DNA from: a virus
Length of the DNA: 64,000 nt
Strand: one strand, 5' to 3'
Virus record (IMG/VR): IMGVR_UViG_3300028534_000018
Span: 21,934-85,933 of that record
Shown here: piece after piece, positions 38,701 to 50,960 of the stretch
How positions within the stretch are numbered: the first letter of the stretch is position 1
How the letters are laid out: every line of letters starts with the position of its first letter
Made by a program: the position numbers and the translations under genes
The notes under the pieces: generated by a model
What the model was told of the DNA's origin: nothing
Databases searched by the model: none
The model's input: only the letters and a program-made list of their open reading frames with translations

Positions 38701-41700
38701 GAGTACTCATCCATTGTCATACTCTCTTCTTCAAGTATGCCTTCGTCTATGAGATACTTCAGCCCGACAAGACCAGCTGTTGCTTTTAATCTAGCAAATG
38801 ATTCTTCATCTCCATCTTTTTTTTGCTTTATATCGAGAAGATTTAATATGTTTTTACCAATCTCATTCGCAAGCATTGATCTACTTGTTTTATGCATGAA
38901 GGCCTTATGTATTTCGTCAGTAACTTCATATTCCTCGATGCCAAGCATTCTTGCTACTTCAGATTTGGTTTTCATATACAATGTGTTACCATTGTCTCTA
39001 AGCACTTGTTTTGCAGCTATAACAATTGATGCTGCGACATTCTCATCAAGCTTTCCATCCTTATTGATAAGTAGTGACAAGAATGGTGCTTCGGCAAGTA
39101 TTCCGTATTTTATTTTTTCATGCACAATATCTATAAAGCCACTATTTAGTATAAAGTTTACACCATCTTTTACCTGCTTTTGGAGTAAATCATTTTTGAT
39201 TTTTCTTACAGGAACCAGGGAGAGAATAGACTGAGCAAATCCACTAATTGTTGCAAAGCTTGATATTTTGTATGGAGCACCTTCTATTGCATTTATATCT
39301 TTATTGGCTGGATTAGACTCATCACGATTGATAACATGATCTGTTTCCAAATCACCATCTTCTATTGCCCTATCAACCAGATCTGATTGAGCTTCAAGCA
39401 ATGATCTTGTATTATATGGAATGCGTATCTTATCTTTTAGCATTTCCATTTTTTCTCTAAGATTGTTTATCTTGTCATACAGTTTTTTCTTTTCTTCTTG
39501 AGATAATCGTTCTTCTTCGTATAATAAATCGGTAGCTTCTTCTACTTGGTATCGTTCATTATTTAATTTATTTTCTATTTTTCTCTTTTCGCTAATAAAT
39601 GATTTTATTTTTGTATTTACATTTTTCAATCTATTTTGAATTGATGTTCTTTGATTTTTGTATTCATTATATTGTTCTTGCAAATCAATTATTTGTTCTG
39701 CTGCTTTTTGAATATCACCAAAAGTATCTTGTAACTCTTCAAACAGTTTACCATCTGCAATCTTGTTTATAAGGTCGTTGACATTAATGTTATTTTTCTT
39801 TGCATATGCAAATACATTTATATGTGCACCATTTGAATCAAGTATAGTTGTCTCAGCCATAAGTATATTATGTGATAAATACTCAATCCTATCCTTTATC
39901 ATTTCAAGTTTTATCTTTATTGAACCAAGCTCTTTGATTAATTTATGTTTTTTGCCTAGCTCTTTTGCTATTTTATTTTTTAGTTGGAATATTCTTAATA
40001 ATAATGATTTGACTTTTGCAGTCATCTTCTGTGTCATTAGTTTGAATTTAGACAATAATGATGCTTGAAGATCAGTTACACCATCTATATTTTCTATATT
40101 TAGATTGTCTATTTCATCATATGTTTGTTTTATTTCCTTTTCTAATTCTTTTATTTCTTCTCTTGTTTTTTCAATATTAATATTATCATCAAGAGTTTGT
40201 CTAAATCTCTCTTCTGCTATCCTATCTTGTTCTGCAATTTTTGCCTGACGCTCTTGCTCTATTTTTTCTATTTCTGCTTGCTTCTCAGCTTCAATCTGCG
40301 CCTTTTCTTCGTTTATTCTGGCTTCAATCTCTGCGATATCTTCTTCTGTTAGTGCATCGCTTTCAAATTCAGCCTGAGCATCAGCTTCTATTTGTGCTTG
40401 CTTTTCTGCATACTCTTGTTCGATTTGATTTATTTCAGCTTCAGCTACATCGTCTATATGCTCTTTAGCATCTTCAATATCATCATATTCAACTTGCGCA
40501 CCTTTGCGCTTTTCTGCTTCTTTTCTTTCCAATTCAAATTCATAATCTGCAAGAGACTTAAAGTGTTCATCAAGAAGATTTATTTCACCAGTTTCTGGAT
40601 TAATGTCTATATTGTCGAGAGTGCTGATTTCAGATTCCATGCTTTCTATAAGTTTTGCAGCACCACGTCTTTGTTTCTTCTCGGAGCTATCAAACATCAT
40701 ATCAATGACATCTGCCATATTTATTTTAAATTTGCCTCTAGCCCATCCAGTTTCAGCAGTTGTTGATCCATACTTATTGCGTAGGAATTTTATTGCTTCT
40801 TCTCTTGTTAAAGGCTTGTTTTTGACACTGGAACCAGGTTGACTACCATCATCATTTTGCTTAGATGGATCTGCAAAAATATCGTCTATACTTGTTTCTT
40901 TTGATGGCAAACCAACGGTGGTTAGCTTTCTGTATTCTTCACTAATATCGTTTACATACTTAGAAAGAATCTCTTTGTATGCTGAAATCTTATCTTGTTT
41001 AAATTGTTTTTTATGATTTATTTTGTCATATAATTTTACAACGTCATCAAAATGTTTTTGTTTCTTGCGAACAAGATCAGCATATGATGTTCTTCCATCT
41101 TGCTTGATCTGATTATAGTATTCACGCTTGTTGAATGATGTATCACTATTTATGTCATTTTCTTTTGACAGGAACCAGTGAACATCATCGTCAGTTATCT
41201 CATCTGCTGATTGTATTGTTCCATCTTTACCACGATAACCATGATCGAACATCCACTGCTTTGTTGCAGTTTTTTCTTTTTCTATTTCTTGATCAAGCTC
41301 TGGTAGCTTTTCTCTTTGGCGTTGTAATTCTATTGCGCTATAAACTATTCCAGAATCTTTACCATAAAGATCTTTATTCTTGATCTCCTCAATAGTTAGT
41401 TTTTTTATCTTCTTTTTTCTTGCTTTCTTTTTGTATTTTTGAGCCTTTGCCTTGTTTCCTGCTTTGCCATGAGCATATGCAAGCTTTTCATCATTATCAA
41501 TTTCTTCAGCTGTTGGTACTGAAGCTTCACCATCTTCAACAAGATTATCAAAATCAGGAAATTCAAAATCATCAGATACTGAACTCTCTGTCCCACTGGT
41601 TCCATGAGAGCCAAATTCTTTTACAGCTTGATCTGTATCCATAGCACGAAGTTCGTCCCATGACATGCCTTTTACTTTCTGTTCGAAAGCAGATCCAACT

Positions 41701-44177
41701 TCATTTTCAAATGCTTGTAGTTCCTGTTCTGCCGAAGCAATTGTCTTCAGATCTTCTTCTGTGAGATTGTTTGCTTTTTTGGCTTTATTGATTGCATTTC
41801 TTGTGCGCTCGATCAATGCATAACTGGTTCCAAATTTAATCTTTGATGCATCAGCACCATCTGCTATTAGTTGAGATATTCTTTCTCTCAATGGAACGAT
41901 TGCTTCATTGTATATTGTGCCAAGCTCCTCTACTACATCTTCTCTATTATATGATCCATCTTCATTTGGTTGAGCTACTGGCATAATCTCATCGAGATGT
42001 CTATGAAATTCTCCAGTAAAATCGCTTGATTGGTGCAACTCTATTACTTTATCATTACCAAGAAATCCAGCAGCTGGTTCCTGTGACTCTATGGCTTTTG
42101 TTAATGCTTTTTCTTGTACTTTTTTATTGAGTGCATCTCTACTTTTTGTCAGCATTGGTCCAACAGTTGCACCAACAGTTGATGGTGCAATACCAGCACC
42201 AAAACCAGCAACAGAGGCAAGTTCTGCTTCATATTGTGATTCTGGGTCTTTTAGCACATCAAGTATTGTTTTTCCACCGACACCCATTTTAGCAGAAAGC
42301 AATTCTCCCCATGTTTGTAAGTATTCTTGACCAGCTTCTTCTGCGCCACCAGCCATGAGCTTTGCACCAGTATCAATAACCTTTTTGCCTATTGCAAGCT
42401 TGCCAGCATCAGGAACCAGGTCTAAACCTTTTTTCATCGCTTTAATGGCACCTTTGCCAACAACGGTGTGCTCAAAAGCAATCTTATCAAGCAATGTAAA
42501 AGGGAGATTAAAGGCAAACAGTCCTAATGCTTCAGCAGCAGTAACATCTGGCTCCTCACCAGCAGCTGCTTTTGCTTTTATTCTTTCATCTATTGCATTG
42601 TTTGTTTGTGATGCATTTATTGCAAGAACACCATAATTTTTTGACACTGCTCTTAATTGGTTAAAAATATGCGGTGCATTTTCAAATGACTTGTATTTTT
42701 CCATTGCATCTTTGCCAACAATTTTTGATGCACGTCTTGTAAGTTTAGCAATATGCTCTGCACTTTTACCAAGTTTTTTTGCTTTATTAATTGCTCTATA
42801 TATACTAGCAACACGCGCCATGCCAGCCGCTTGGCCAACACCAAAAGGCATTGTTGCCATGTATGGAAGAGACTCAATAAAAACATCCATTCCATAATCT
42901 TTTACGCGAGACAGTGCATCCACATAATTGCCATTTTTTATATCATATAAGGCTTCGTTTTGTCCCTGTGTGGATTCTCTTCTGTCGTATCCAAAAAATT
43001 TATCTGCCCATTTCTGATCTTTGTATTTATTTAGCCATGTATTATCTCCAATCCACGCTGCATCAAGTATTGCGTCACCAATACCAGCAAGCATTGTCGT
43101 TGCTCCAGATTGAAATGCATCAATTAAATTTGATCCCTTAACGTCTTGCTTGTGATAAAATTCAGATCGAAGCTCTGATAGTTTTTTATTTTTATCTAAT
43201 TCTTCCTGTGTTTGATTGTCAAGATTCAAAAAGTCTTTATAATATAGTTCAGTATATCCAGAACCAAAGTTTACGCCAGATGCTTTGTCAGTTGTAGTCC
43301 ATTTGCCATCTGGACCCTTTACCATACCGTAGTCAAGTACTCTTGAATTTAATGCCTCTTGTGACGCATGTAATTGATTTTCAAGTTTTTCAGCACCAAG
43401 CATTCTTTTTTCAAGAAGGACTTCAAATCCATCTTTTACATGTTGGTCCCTATATCTATCAGCAACAGCAACATTAGCTGTGCCATATTTATAAATGTAT
43501 CGCTTACTACCATCATCGTTTAGTCCATCAAATTTTCTCAATGCATAGAATACTTTATCTGCATTTTGATTTTCTGGGGCTGCCAATATTTCAGTAGTTA
43601 TATCACTGAATCTTTTTTCTCTTACGCCAATGAAATCCTTGTTGCTTAGATTGTATCTTTTTCCATTAATAATACCATCAATGTTGGCATGGTCCATCCA
43701 TTTACCTTGACCAACATCAACTAAGCCTTCTGATTTTTCAAGTAGCCAATCTACACCAGACGAGAGTGCATTGACTGCTTTCTTTGCATATATTTCTAAA
43801 TCAGAATCTGTCTCAAGCGTTCCGTCTGAGTTTCTTTCAAGTGGCTCAGTAGTTTTTCTATACAGTTCTTTTTCTTTTAATTCTTCTGCCCGCTTAAGTT
43901 CCTCTTCTTTTTTTGTAGCAAGTTCTGTCTCTTGATATATTCTATTTAATTCTGCCTCGTATGCATTTGTTGTTTCTTGTGTATCACCAGGCGCAATAGA
44001 CACAAGTGATGGTGTTAGGTTATCTGGTATTGCATATATGTCATCAAAAATGGAACCAGTGTTGTAAGAATTGTCTGTGGAATAATTATCAGAATTACCT
44101 ACCTGATACGAATCTCCAAGATCGTCAGTATCATAGTAATATTGTTCCCCGTTTTCATCATATGCTTCTTTATACAC
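35763..44177 (-). CDS. Virion-associated single-subunit RNA polymerase (N4 vRNAP-like)
   Basis: Motif A EYDGVTNG (about 37750), motif B RDLFKNPTMTVNYG (about 37295), motif C HVHDA (about 36397), NNRLY/INPQ. Confidence 0.88.
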   Translation of the reverse strand: MYKEAYDENGEQYYYDTDDLGDSYQVGNSDNYSTDNSYNTGSIFDDIYAIPDNLTPSLVSIAPGDTQETTNAYEAELNRIYQETELATKKEEELKRAEELKEKELYRKTTEPLERNSDGTLETDSDLEIYAKKAVNALSSGVDWLLEKSEGLVDVGQGKWMDHANIDGIINGKRYNLSNKDFIGVREKRFSDITTEILAAPENQNADKVFYALRKFDGLNDDGSKRYIYKYGTANVAVADRYRDQHVKDGFEVLLEKRMLGAEKLENQLHASQEALNSRVLDYGMVKGPDGKWTTTDKASGVNFGSGYTELYYKDFLNLDNQTQEELDKNKKLSELRSEFYHKQDVKGSNLIDAFQSGATTMLAGIGDAILDAAWIGDNTWLNKYKDQKWADKFFGYDRRESTQGQNEALYDIKNGNYVDALSRVKDYGMDVFIESLPYMATMPFGVGQAAGMARVASIYRAINKAKKLGKSAEHIAKLTRRASKIVGKDAMEKYKSFENAPHIFNQLRAVSKNYGVLAINASQTNNAIDERIKAKAAAGEEPDVTAAEALGLFAFNLPFTLLDKIAFEHTVVGKGAIKAMKKGLDLVPDAGKLAIGKKVIDTGAKLMAGGAEEAGQEYLQTWGELLSAKMGVGGKTILDVLKDPESQYEAELASVAGFGAGIAPSTVGATVGPMLTKSRDALNKKVQEKALTKAIESQEPAAGFLGNDKVIELHQSSDFTGEFHRHLDEIMPVAQPNEDGSYNREDVVEELGTIYNEAIVPLRERISQLIADGADASKIKFGTSYALIERTRNAINKAKKANNLTEEDLKTIASAEQELQAFENEVGSAFEQKVKGMSWDELRAMDTDQAVKEFGSHGTSGTESSVSDDFEFPDFDNLVEDGEASVPTAEEIDNDEKLAYAHGKAGNKAKAQKYKKKARKKKIKKLTIEEIKNKDLYGKDSGIVYSAIELQRQREKLPELDQEIEKEKTATKQWMFDHGYRGKDGTIQSADEITDDDVHWFLSKENDINSDTSFNKREYYNQIKQDGRTSYADLVRKKQKHFDDVVKLYDKINHKKQFKQDKISAYKEILSKYVNDISEEYRKLTTVGLPSKETSIDDIFADPSKQNDDGSQPGSSVKNKPLTREEAIKFLRNKYGSTTAETGWARGKFKINMADVIDMMFDSSEKKQRRGAAKLIESMESEISTLDNIDINPETGEINLLDEHFKSLADYEFELERKEAEKRKGAQVEYDDIEDAKEHIDDVAEAEINQIEQEYAEKQAQIEADAQAEFESDALTEEDIAEIEARINEEKAQIEAEKQAEIEKIEQERQAKIAEQDRIAEERFRQTLDDNINIEKTREEIKELEKEIKQTYDEIDNLNIENIDGVTDLQASLLSKFKLMTQKMTAKVKSLLLRIFQLKNKIAKELGKKHKLIKELGSIKIKLEMIKDRIEYLSHNILMAETTILDSNGAHINVFAYAKKNNINVNDLINKIADGKLFEELQDTFGDIQKAAEQIIDLQEQYNEYKNQRTSIQNRLKNVNTKIKSFISEKRKIENKLNNERYQVEEATDLLYEEERLSQEEKKKLYDKINNLREKMEMLKDKIRIPYNTRSLLEAQSDLVDRAIEDGDLETDHVINRDESNPANKDINAIEGAPYKISSFATISGFAQSILSLVPVRKIKNDLLQKQVKDGVNFILNSGFIDIVHEKIKYGILAEAPFLSLLINKDGKLDENVAASIVIAAKQVLRDNGNTLYMKTKSEVARMLGIEEYEVTDEIHKAFMHKTSRSMLANEIGKNILNLLDIKQKKDGDEESFARLKATAGLVGLKYLIDEGILEEESMTMDEYSELLEKTFTQGNVSGSAKVNFVTTRKVNGRPQKLTEKEIETNKNEVEVLEESLGLPEREKTYHNKPLRKTTARKRGIRRNNYFDPSEELHRALTESEQQRYMGFVKTLKLLFSGDAILTNDEILRLIGWRPDEEIEEDDGIPLQYDKAAKIAANIEKEAAVRELRTLYEKIMLDDDFENTLYFQFFTAPNNRLYLDSSTINPQTEKELHRWLVVPQKFLVKYDVSKINDNDEKYIGFKVGIAQAFGFDIDKMELTDTISFADELLAKSEKELVEMIKNKDFDHLGHAIQGFNAIREYQNAVKNNRNEFTTVISTEYDGVTNGVILKTLQMFIGNNAATLVSKGGIVAKGVSNKAKSGTRGDKYHGGIEYETFESMSDELGKSAKDRDNGSVLDVYLTQALSTILSPAAIMSRIISKIKSSGDTEEEIAKKLKKKDQFGIFEKGADSPIFNFIPDSTEINKEIRDLFKNPTMTVNYGSALTTVIRNVTTQTIYSSITNAIIAYNFNENSEEAKKMSPEEIEAAKKKANAAGEFLYGIAQKVYGKTPPGREFTIIIQLIDEMKVNDLDKIGKEITFSDGTKRFYSIIDNIFPVFEPAIGDAVAEAIEKTFGAQIAVTEEINNASRHSFRIFAQALNYTIKKYIDEQKKAGIKNVTISPEKMKDFVEENKRFLPVFMGPGSVDRMIDGIAIFTSSVLNDGELQYSKRPKIRWSVVDESGNRKTKSMNSRIFVKKISEAHAAAGVIPTHTEDAIDMSRFINFAMEQYGVTHVHDAIVLSGYNNGTQLRFMNKTIIQTSKSYDLLNSIYDAMESVYVEAQKYNESHEEKLELDDLSTKAEKRKAGPDHVPAKFLNDIMDLLNSSETIWENRQEFFAHDIKADQMPGPKSMYEEKAKYDRKKFVREAMKRVRSRNIFLNEYGEDKISTNISWFIEILDHVTGKENNETDKILKALDAIRLFTTVISGDFNSNISDVDSQNILEGC

Positions 44178-44197
44178 ACTGGTTCCTTTGCTTGTTG

Positions 44198-46576
44198 CTA
44201 TTTATCTTTATTCTTTTTCATGGCTGCACGTATTTTTGCAGTTTCCGCTATTGTTTTATCAAGTTGTGCTTTTTTGCGATCATATTCAAGTCGTGCTTCT
44301 TTTGTATTTGATCTTGCTATTTCTTGTGCAGCAGCAATAAGTGCCTCTTGTTGTTTTTTTTCTATTTCAAGTTGTTTTTTTAGTCTCTCTTTCCATTCAA
44401 ACTCTCGCAATTTCCTATTTCTTCCTGCTGCATCTTTTTGTGCGGCTTGTATTGCTTTTTGTCTTTGTTCTATAACTTTATTATACTTGTTTAGTAATTG
44501 AGTTACAGCTTTTTTTGTTGCAAATCTAGCTCTCCTACTTAGTGTTTTGTCATTGTTTATGGCTTCATATGCTTTAATCGCAGCACTATATAGTGCTTTA
44601 CGCTGTTCTTCTGGTGTTTTTCGTACTTTTATTTTTTTCTTTTTGTCTGTTTTATACATGAACTTACCAGCAGTAAGTTCATGTATTTTTTTTGCAAGAT
44701 TAGCTCTACGTTCTTCTATTTTTTCATTATTCACATCTTCAACTATAGATGAGTCGTTCGCTTTTTTTGCTCTTTGATTTATATACGTTCTTATATCTTT
44801 TATTTGTGTAACTGGATCAAAATTGTTGCCTGATTCTTGTTGTTGTAGCCTATTTCCTCTTTTTTCAAGTTCTAATTCTATCTTTGCCCTTGTCATAGGC
44901 GAAGACATTTTTTCATCAATTCCAAGAGCATCTCTTACTGCTTTTGGTGCTTTTACATATATTTGACCAACATATTTTCCATATCCATCTTTAATTTTTT
45001 CATATGGAATTTCATTTCCATGTTCATCCATGAACTTTATATTATTATGCAGATAGAGATCATCTTCAGAATTGGATAGCCACTTTTGACCATCAAGTTT
45101 CATGTTATTCTTTTTTGCTTTTTCTATTGCGTCTATAAATACTTTTATGCCAGTGTCAGTTAATCTGCTTCCGCCGTATACACCTCTCTCTATTACATGT
45201 GTTAGGCCATCATTCATTGATGACAAAAACGAAATAATCGGATTCTTGTCTTCAGATATTTTTATTCTCTTTCCATCTTCGTCAATCCAAAAATTATCTT
45301 TTTTCTCTATTCTTACGCCATATTGTTTACCAAGTTCGAGTGTCTTTATTTTATATTCTGCTTCACTGATGTCTCCACTTTTAAGTTGTGCATCGAGGCT
45401 ATCAACTTTTTTTGCAAACTCTAATTCTTTTTTAGACGGAGCAAAAAACTTTACACCATTTTTGTCTTCCAACAATGTTCTATCAGAACCAGGAGTAAAG
45501 CCTGTATCTTGATACAGATCTTCCTTCACCGCTGGTTCCTGAGCGCCATTTTGATTGCCAGGTTGTGCTATCCTGCCAGTTGTGTCAAACTTGCTTCTTA
45601 GTGCTTGAGCTATAGTGTGTGAGTTGAAACTGCTTGATACTTCTGGATCCTGCACTACATCTTGTGGAGCATTAGTGTTTATGGTTTGTGTCTGGGCATC
45701 ATCTATGTTTTTGAGAAGTGCTGGTATTGACGGCTGCTCTACAGATTGTTCCTGCGTATTATCTGTCAATATGCTATCTGATCCATTTACTGAATCATTA
45801 AGTGCTATTCCAAGATTTGCAACCCTATCTGATGCACTTGTAGTGTTGATGCTTGTTGTCTCATCGGAACCAGGGGTAGTGGTGGCTTCAGATTGACCAA
45901 TTGGTGTACTAGCTACACTGGTTCCTGTAGTATTATTAAATTCTTCAGTGGTTACTGCTGTGTCTTCAGCAGATGCATCAACGCCAGCTTCACCCTTTAG
46001 TTGATCCCAGCTTGTGTTTGCAATATGATCTATTACTGCCTGAGAATCCTTTTCACTCATTTTTTGTTCGCCAGCAAGATTTAGTCCAATTTTATCAGCA
46101 TACTCTTCTGCCATACGTGCTGCTGCTGGATTTAGGCTTTGCTCTTCTTGCTTATATACATCTACTTCTTTTTCTTTTGTACCAGAGGTTGCTTCAGCGA
46201 AAGTCTTATCAAGATCCATTGCAAGATCCATAGCTTTTTCTTGTGCAGCCATTTTTTGAGCGGCAGATGATCTTGATCTTCTTGAACTCCTTCTTGCTGC
46301 TGCTCTAGCTCTTGCAGCTTGAGCCTTCTTGAATGCCATTTCTTGTGCAAACTTTTCTTTGTCAAATGCAAGACGATCTGCTGCATTAGCAATATCAGCA
46401 TCAATCTTTTTTTCTTTCAGTGCAAGATCGTCTTTTGCTATTAGGTTTTTTGCTATACCATCATACGATCTTTCTATGAGGCTAAAAGCATTATGTATTG
46501 CTTTTGTATCAAGTTGTGGTGCACTTAATGGAGTATTGCCTTGGTATTTACTATAATCTATGCCTCTGTGTGCCAT
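44198..46576 (-). CDS. Internal virion/ejection protein (N4 gp51-position)
   Basis: Cys-free, helical, Ala/Lys-rich; directly upstream of vRNAP. Confidence 0.55.
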   Translation of the reverse strand: MAHRGIDYSKYQGNTPLSAPQLDTKAIHNAFSLIERSYDGIAKNLIAKDDLALKEKKIDADIANAADRLAFDKEKFAQEMAFKKAQAARARAAARRSSRRSRSSAAQKMAAQEKAMDLAMDLDKTFAEATSGTKEKEVDVYKQEEQSLNPAAARMAEEYADKIGLNLAGEQKMSEKDSQAVIDHIANTSWDQLKGEAGVDASAEDTAVTTEEFNNTTGTSVASTPIGQSEATTTPGSDETTSINTTSASDRVANLGIALNDSVNGSDSILTDNTQEQSVEQPSIPALLKNIDDAQTQTINTNAPQDVVQDPEVSSSFNSHTIAQALRSKFDTTGRIAQPGNQNGAQEPAVKEDLYQDTGFTPGSDRTLLEDKNGVKFFAPSKKELEFAKKVDSLDAQLKSGDISEAEYKIKTLELGKQYGVRIEKKDNFWIDEDGKRIKISEDKNPIISFLSSMNDGLTHVIERGVYGGSRLTDTGIKVFIDAIEKAKKNNMKLDGQKWLSNSEDDLYLHNNIKFMDEHGNEIPYEKIKDGYGKYVGQIYVKAPKAVRDALGIDEKMSSPMTRAKIELELEKRGNRLQQQESGNNFDPVTQIKDIRTYINQRAKKANDSSIVEDVNNEKIEERRANLAKKIHELTAGKFMYKTDKKKKIKVRKTPEEQRKALYSAAIKAYEAINNDKTLSRRARFATKKAVTQLLNKYNKVIEQRQKAIQAAQKDAAGRNRKLREFEWKERLKKQLEIEKKQQEALIAAAQEIARSNTKEARLEYDRKKAQLDKTIAETAKIRAAMKKNKDK

Positions 46577-46612
46577 GTTGTATTCTTTTCTTTTTGTTTA
46601 TTTATTGTTTTA

Positions 46613-46930
46613 TTATACGCTGTATAGTTTTGGCTTGTATGCTTTTTCCTCGTAGTAACCATTTTCCTCAACATCTTTTTTGATTTCATCAACTTTTTCT
46701 TCGTTTCCTCCAAGATGAGCCATCAATGCAGTTGCATTCGTCCTCCTGTTCTTCTCTTGACCAATTGCATTTTGATCGGCTTGATACGCACGAGATAAGA
46801 TATTATTTTGATTTTGCTTTTGAAGTTTTAGATTTTCATTCATTCCCCACCATTGCATACCGAGATTCAAAATAGGTGTTATTGCATTAACTGCGTTAGC
46901 TAGACCAGACAAGTTAGACCCAAGTGCCAT
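46613..46930 (-). CDS. Small internal virion/ejection protein (N4 gp52-position)
   Basis: Hydrophobic Gly/Ala-rich N-terminus followed by a Gln/Asn helix. Confidence 0.55.
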   Translation of the reverse strand: MALGSNLSGLANAVNAITPILNLGMQWWGMNENLKLQKQNQNNILSRAYQADQNAIGQEKNRRTNATALMAHLGGNEEKVDEIKKDVEENGYYEEKAYKPKLYSV

Positions 46931-47004
46931 ATTAAATCCTTTTTTTATATATGTTATATTTTTTTATATTTACACTATTATATCATTATATTATTACGTT
47001 ATAT

Positions 47005-49311
<2,307 letters not shown>

Positions 49312-49315
49312 ATAC

Positions 49316-49810
49316 TCATCCGCCTCTACATATTTTTTCTATTCTTTCCCTGGTTCCAGCATTTAATATATATATATTGAAATTACTTTCAATATTATAT
49401 AGTAGTTTACCAAATCCAGACACAACATTGCTTTCAACTTTTATTTTATAATATTTAAATTTTATATTTAATATATAGTTGCCAATAAATGCTAATGCTT
49501 TAGTTTTTCTGTATTTTTTTACTATATAAATATGATCAGGTGATAAAATTTTTAAATCATCATTTTGCTCTTCATTATTAATCGATATGAATCCAACATA
49601 TTCATCCTTATTTTTTGTGCGTAAAATATATGTAGAGATAGACGAATTATTGTATAAAAATTTAGTCTTTTGCTTATAGTGGTCTCTTAATTCATATTCT
49701 TTGAATGGATGGAATCTTCTACCAGAAACATATTCATCTATAAAACTACCATATATATCTTTTCTATCAATATTTCTGTCTATTTTTCTTATATAGTAGT
49801 TGCATGTCAT
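49316..49810 (-). CDS. GNAT-like acetyltransferase-fold protein
   Basis: EYVGFI...HIYIVKKYRK motif A-like. Confidence 0.45.
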   Translation of the reverse strand: MTCNYYIRKIDRNIDRKDIYGSFIDEYVSGRRFHPFKEYELRDHYKQKTKFLYNNSSISTYILRTKNKDEYVGFISINNEEQNDDLKILSPDHIYIVKKYRKTKALAFIGNYILNIKFKYYKIKVESNVVSGFGKLLYNIESNFNIYILNAGTRERIEKICRGG

Positions 49811-50322
49811 ATTCCACTCTCTACAGCATCATACACAATATCTGTTCTTATTATTTTTCCAGTTGATAGTAGTATATTATCTGTTACCTCTCCAGGATTA
49901 TTTGATGTGCGCTCATAGTCAACAGGAGGTTCGTTTAGTGAACAATATAAGAAATATTTACTACAGCTATAACCATTCTCGTGATATGAGAAAATATTCT
50001 CTCTATCGACAAAAGGCAATACAAATTTAACAATTGTATCTGGAGTATCTGTTTCAACTACAGAACCAGTGATGTAGGTTTCTGGCAATCCTTTCTCATT
50101 TCCTTTACCTGGAACTAGTGCCATATAAAAATTCTTACAGAAATTTGATGCAGGAACGTTGTTTATCATTAAGTTGAATGAGAATATTCCAGAATTTTCA
50201 CCCCGATCCATATATAAATTTGTATCATCACTGGATGTGATTCCAGATAACAATATGTCTTTTATTGTTACATCTTGTTTGCTTGATGAAGCTTTTTTTA
50301 TTATTGGTGTTTTATCGTTCAT
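49807..50322 (-). CDS. Hypothetical structural protein
   Basis: Beta-rich ORF in the virion operon. Confidence 0.5.
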   Translation of the reverse strand: MNDKTPIIKKASSSKQDVTIKDILLSGITSSDDTNLYMDRGENSGIFSFNLMINNVPASNFCKNFYMALVPGKGNEKGLPETYITGSVVETDTPDTIVKFVLPFVDRENIFSYHENGYSCSKYFLYCSLNEPPVDYERTSNNPGEVTDNILLSTGKIIRTDIVYDAVESGI

Positions 50323-50936
50323 CTTGTAAGTTCTCCTGCATATACTGATATCTGCATGTCTTCTACTATTCTATTTATGAATAAATCTACTCCACTTACA
50401 TATGGATCAATTATTAACTGATTTGCATTAATGGTTATTCTTGCGTGTTGAATAATAGATGAGTTAGCTATTTTTGACATACTTATCATATCGCAATTTG
50501 CAGATATGAATATTGGGTTAATTATATTAATTAGTGTGCCAGAAAAGTCGTCTTCAACTGGTAAAGCATTTAGATTAGATGACGGTGAAATGACTACTTG
50601 ACCAGAGTTTATTTTTTTTGTTTCTAGTGCGTTTAGTGATAAGATTGCGATAGGGCTAATCATAGTCTTATCTATTACTATCTCAAGAGATGATGAAAAC
50701 GATAAATCGGCAAGTGTTGTTATTTGAATAGAAGGACTATTTATATATGTTCCAGCATCTATACTTAAATTTATATGATTTATCAGGCCAACATACTCTG
50801 GTCTTGTACTTAATGCAGAGACTACAAAAGACGCAGTTTGAATTACATCTGGATATGCAGAGTAGTCGCCAACGCAATCAATAATAGACAGTGTTGATTC
50901 TGCTGTTAAGTTAACGCTAGCGTCTGCATATGCCAT
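50319..50936 (-). CDS. Hypothetical structural protein, Ser/Ile-rich
   Basis: ORF in the virion operon. Confidence 0.5.
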   Translation of the reverse strand: MAYADASVNLTAESTLSIIDCVGDYSAYPDVIQTASFVVSALSTRPEYVGLINHINLSIDAGTYINSPSIQITTLADLSFSSSLEIVIDKTMISPIAILSLNALETKKINSGQVVISPSSNLNALPVEDDFSGTLINIINPIFISANCDMISMSKIANSSIIQHARITINANQLIIDPYVSGVDLFINRIVEDMQISVYAGELTR

Positions 50937-50960
50937 AGGTTATTCCAAGTTTGTATATAA

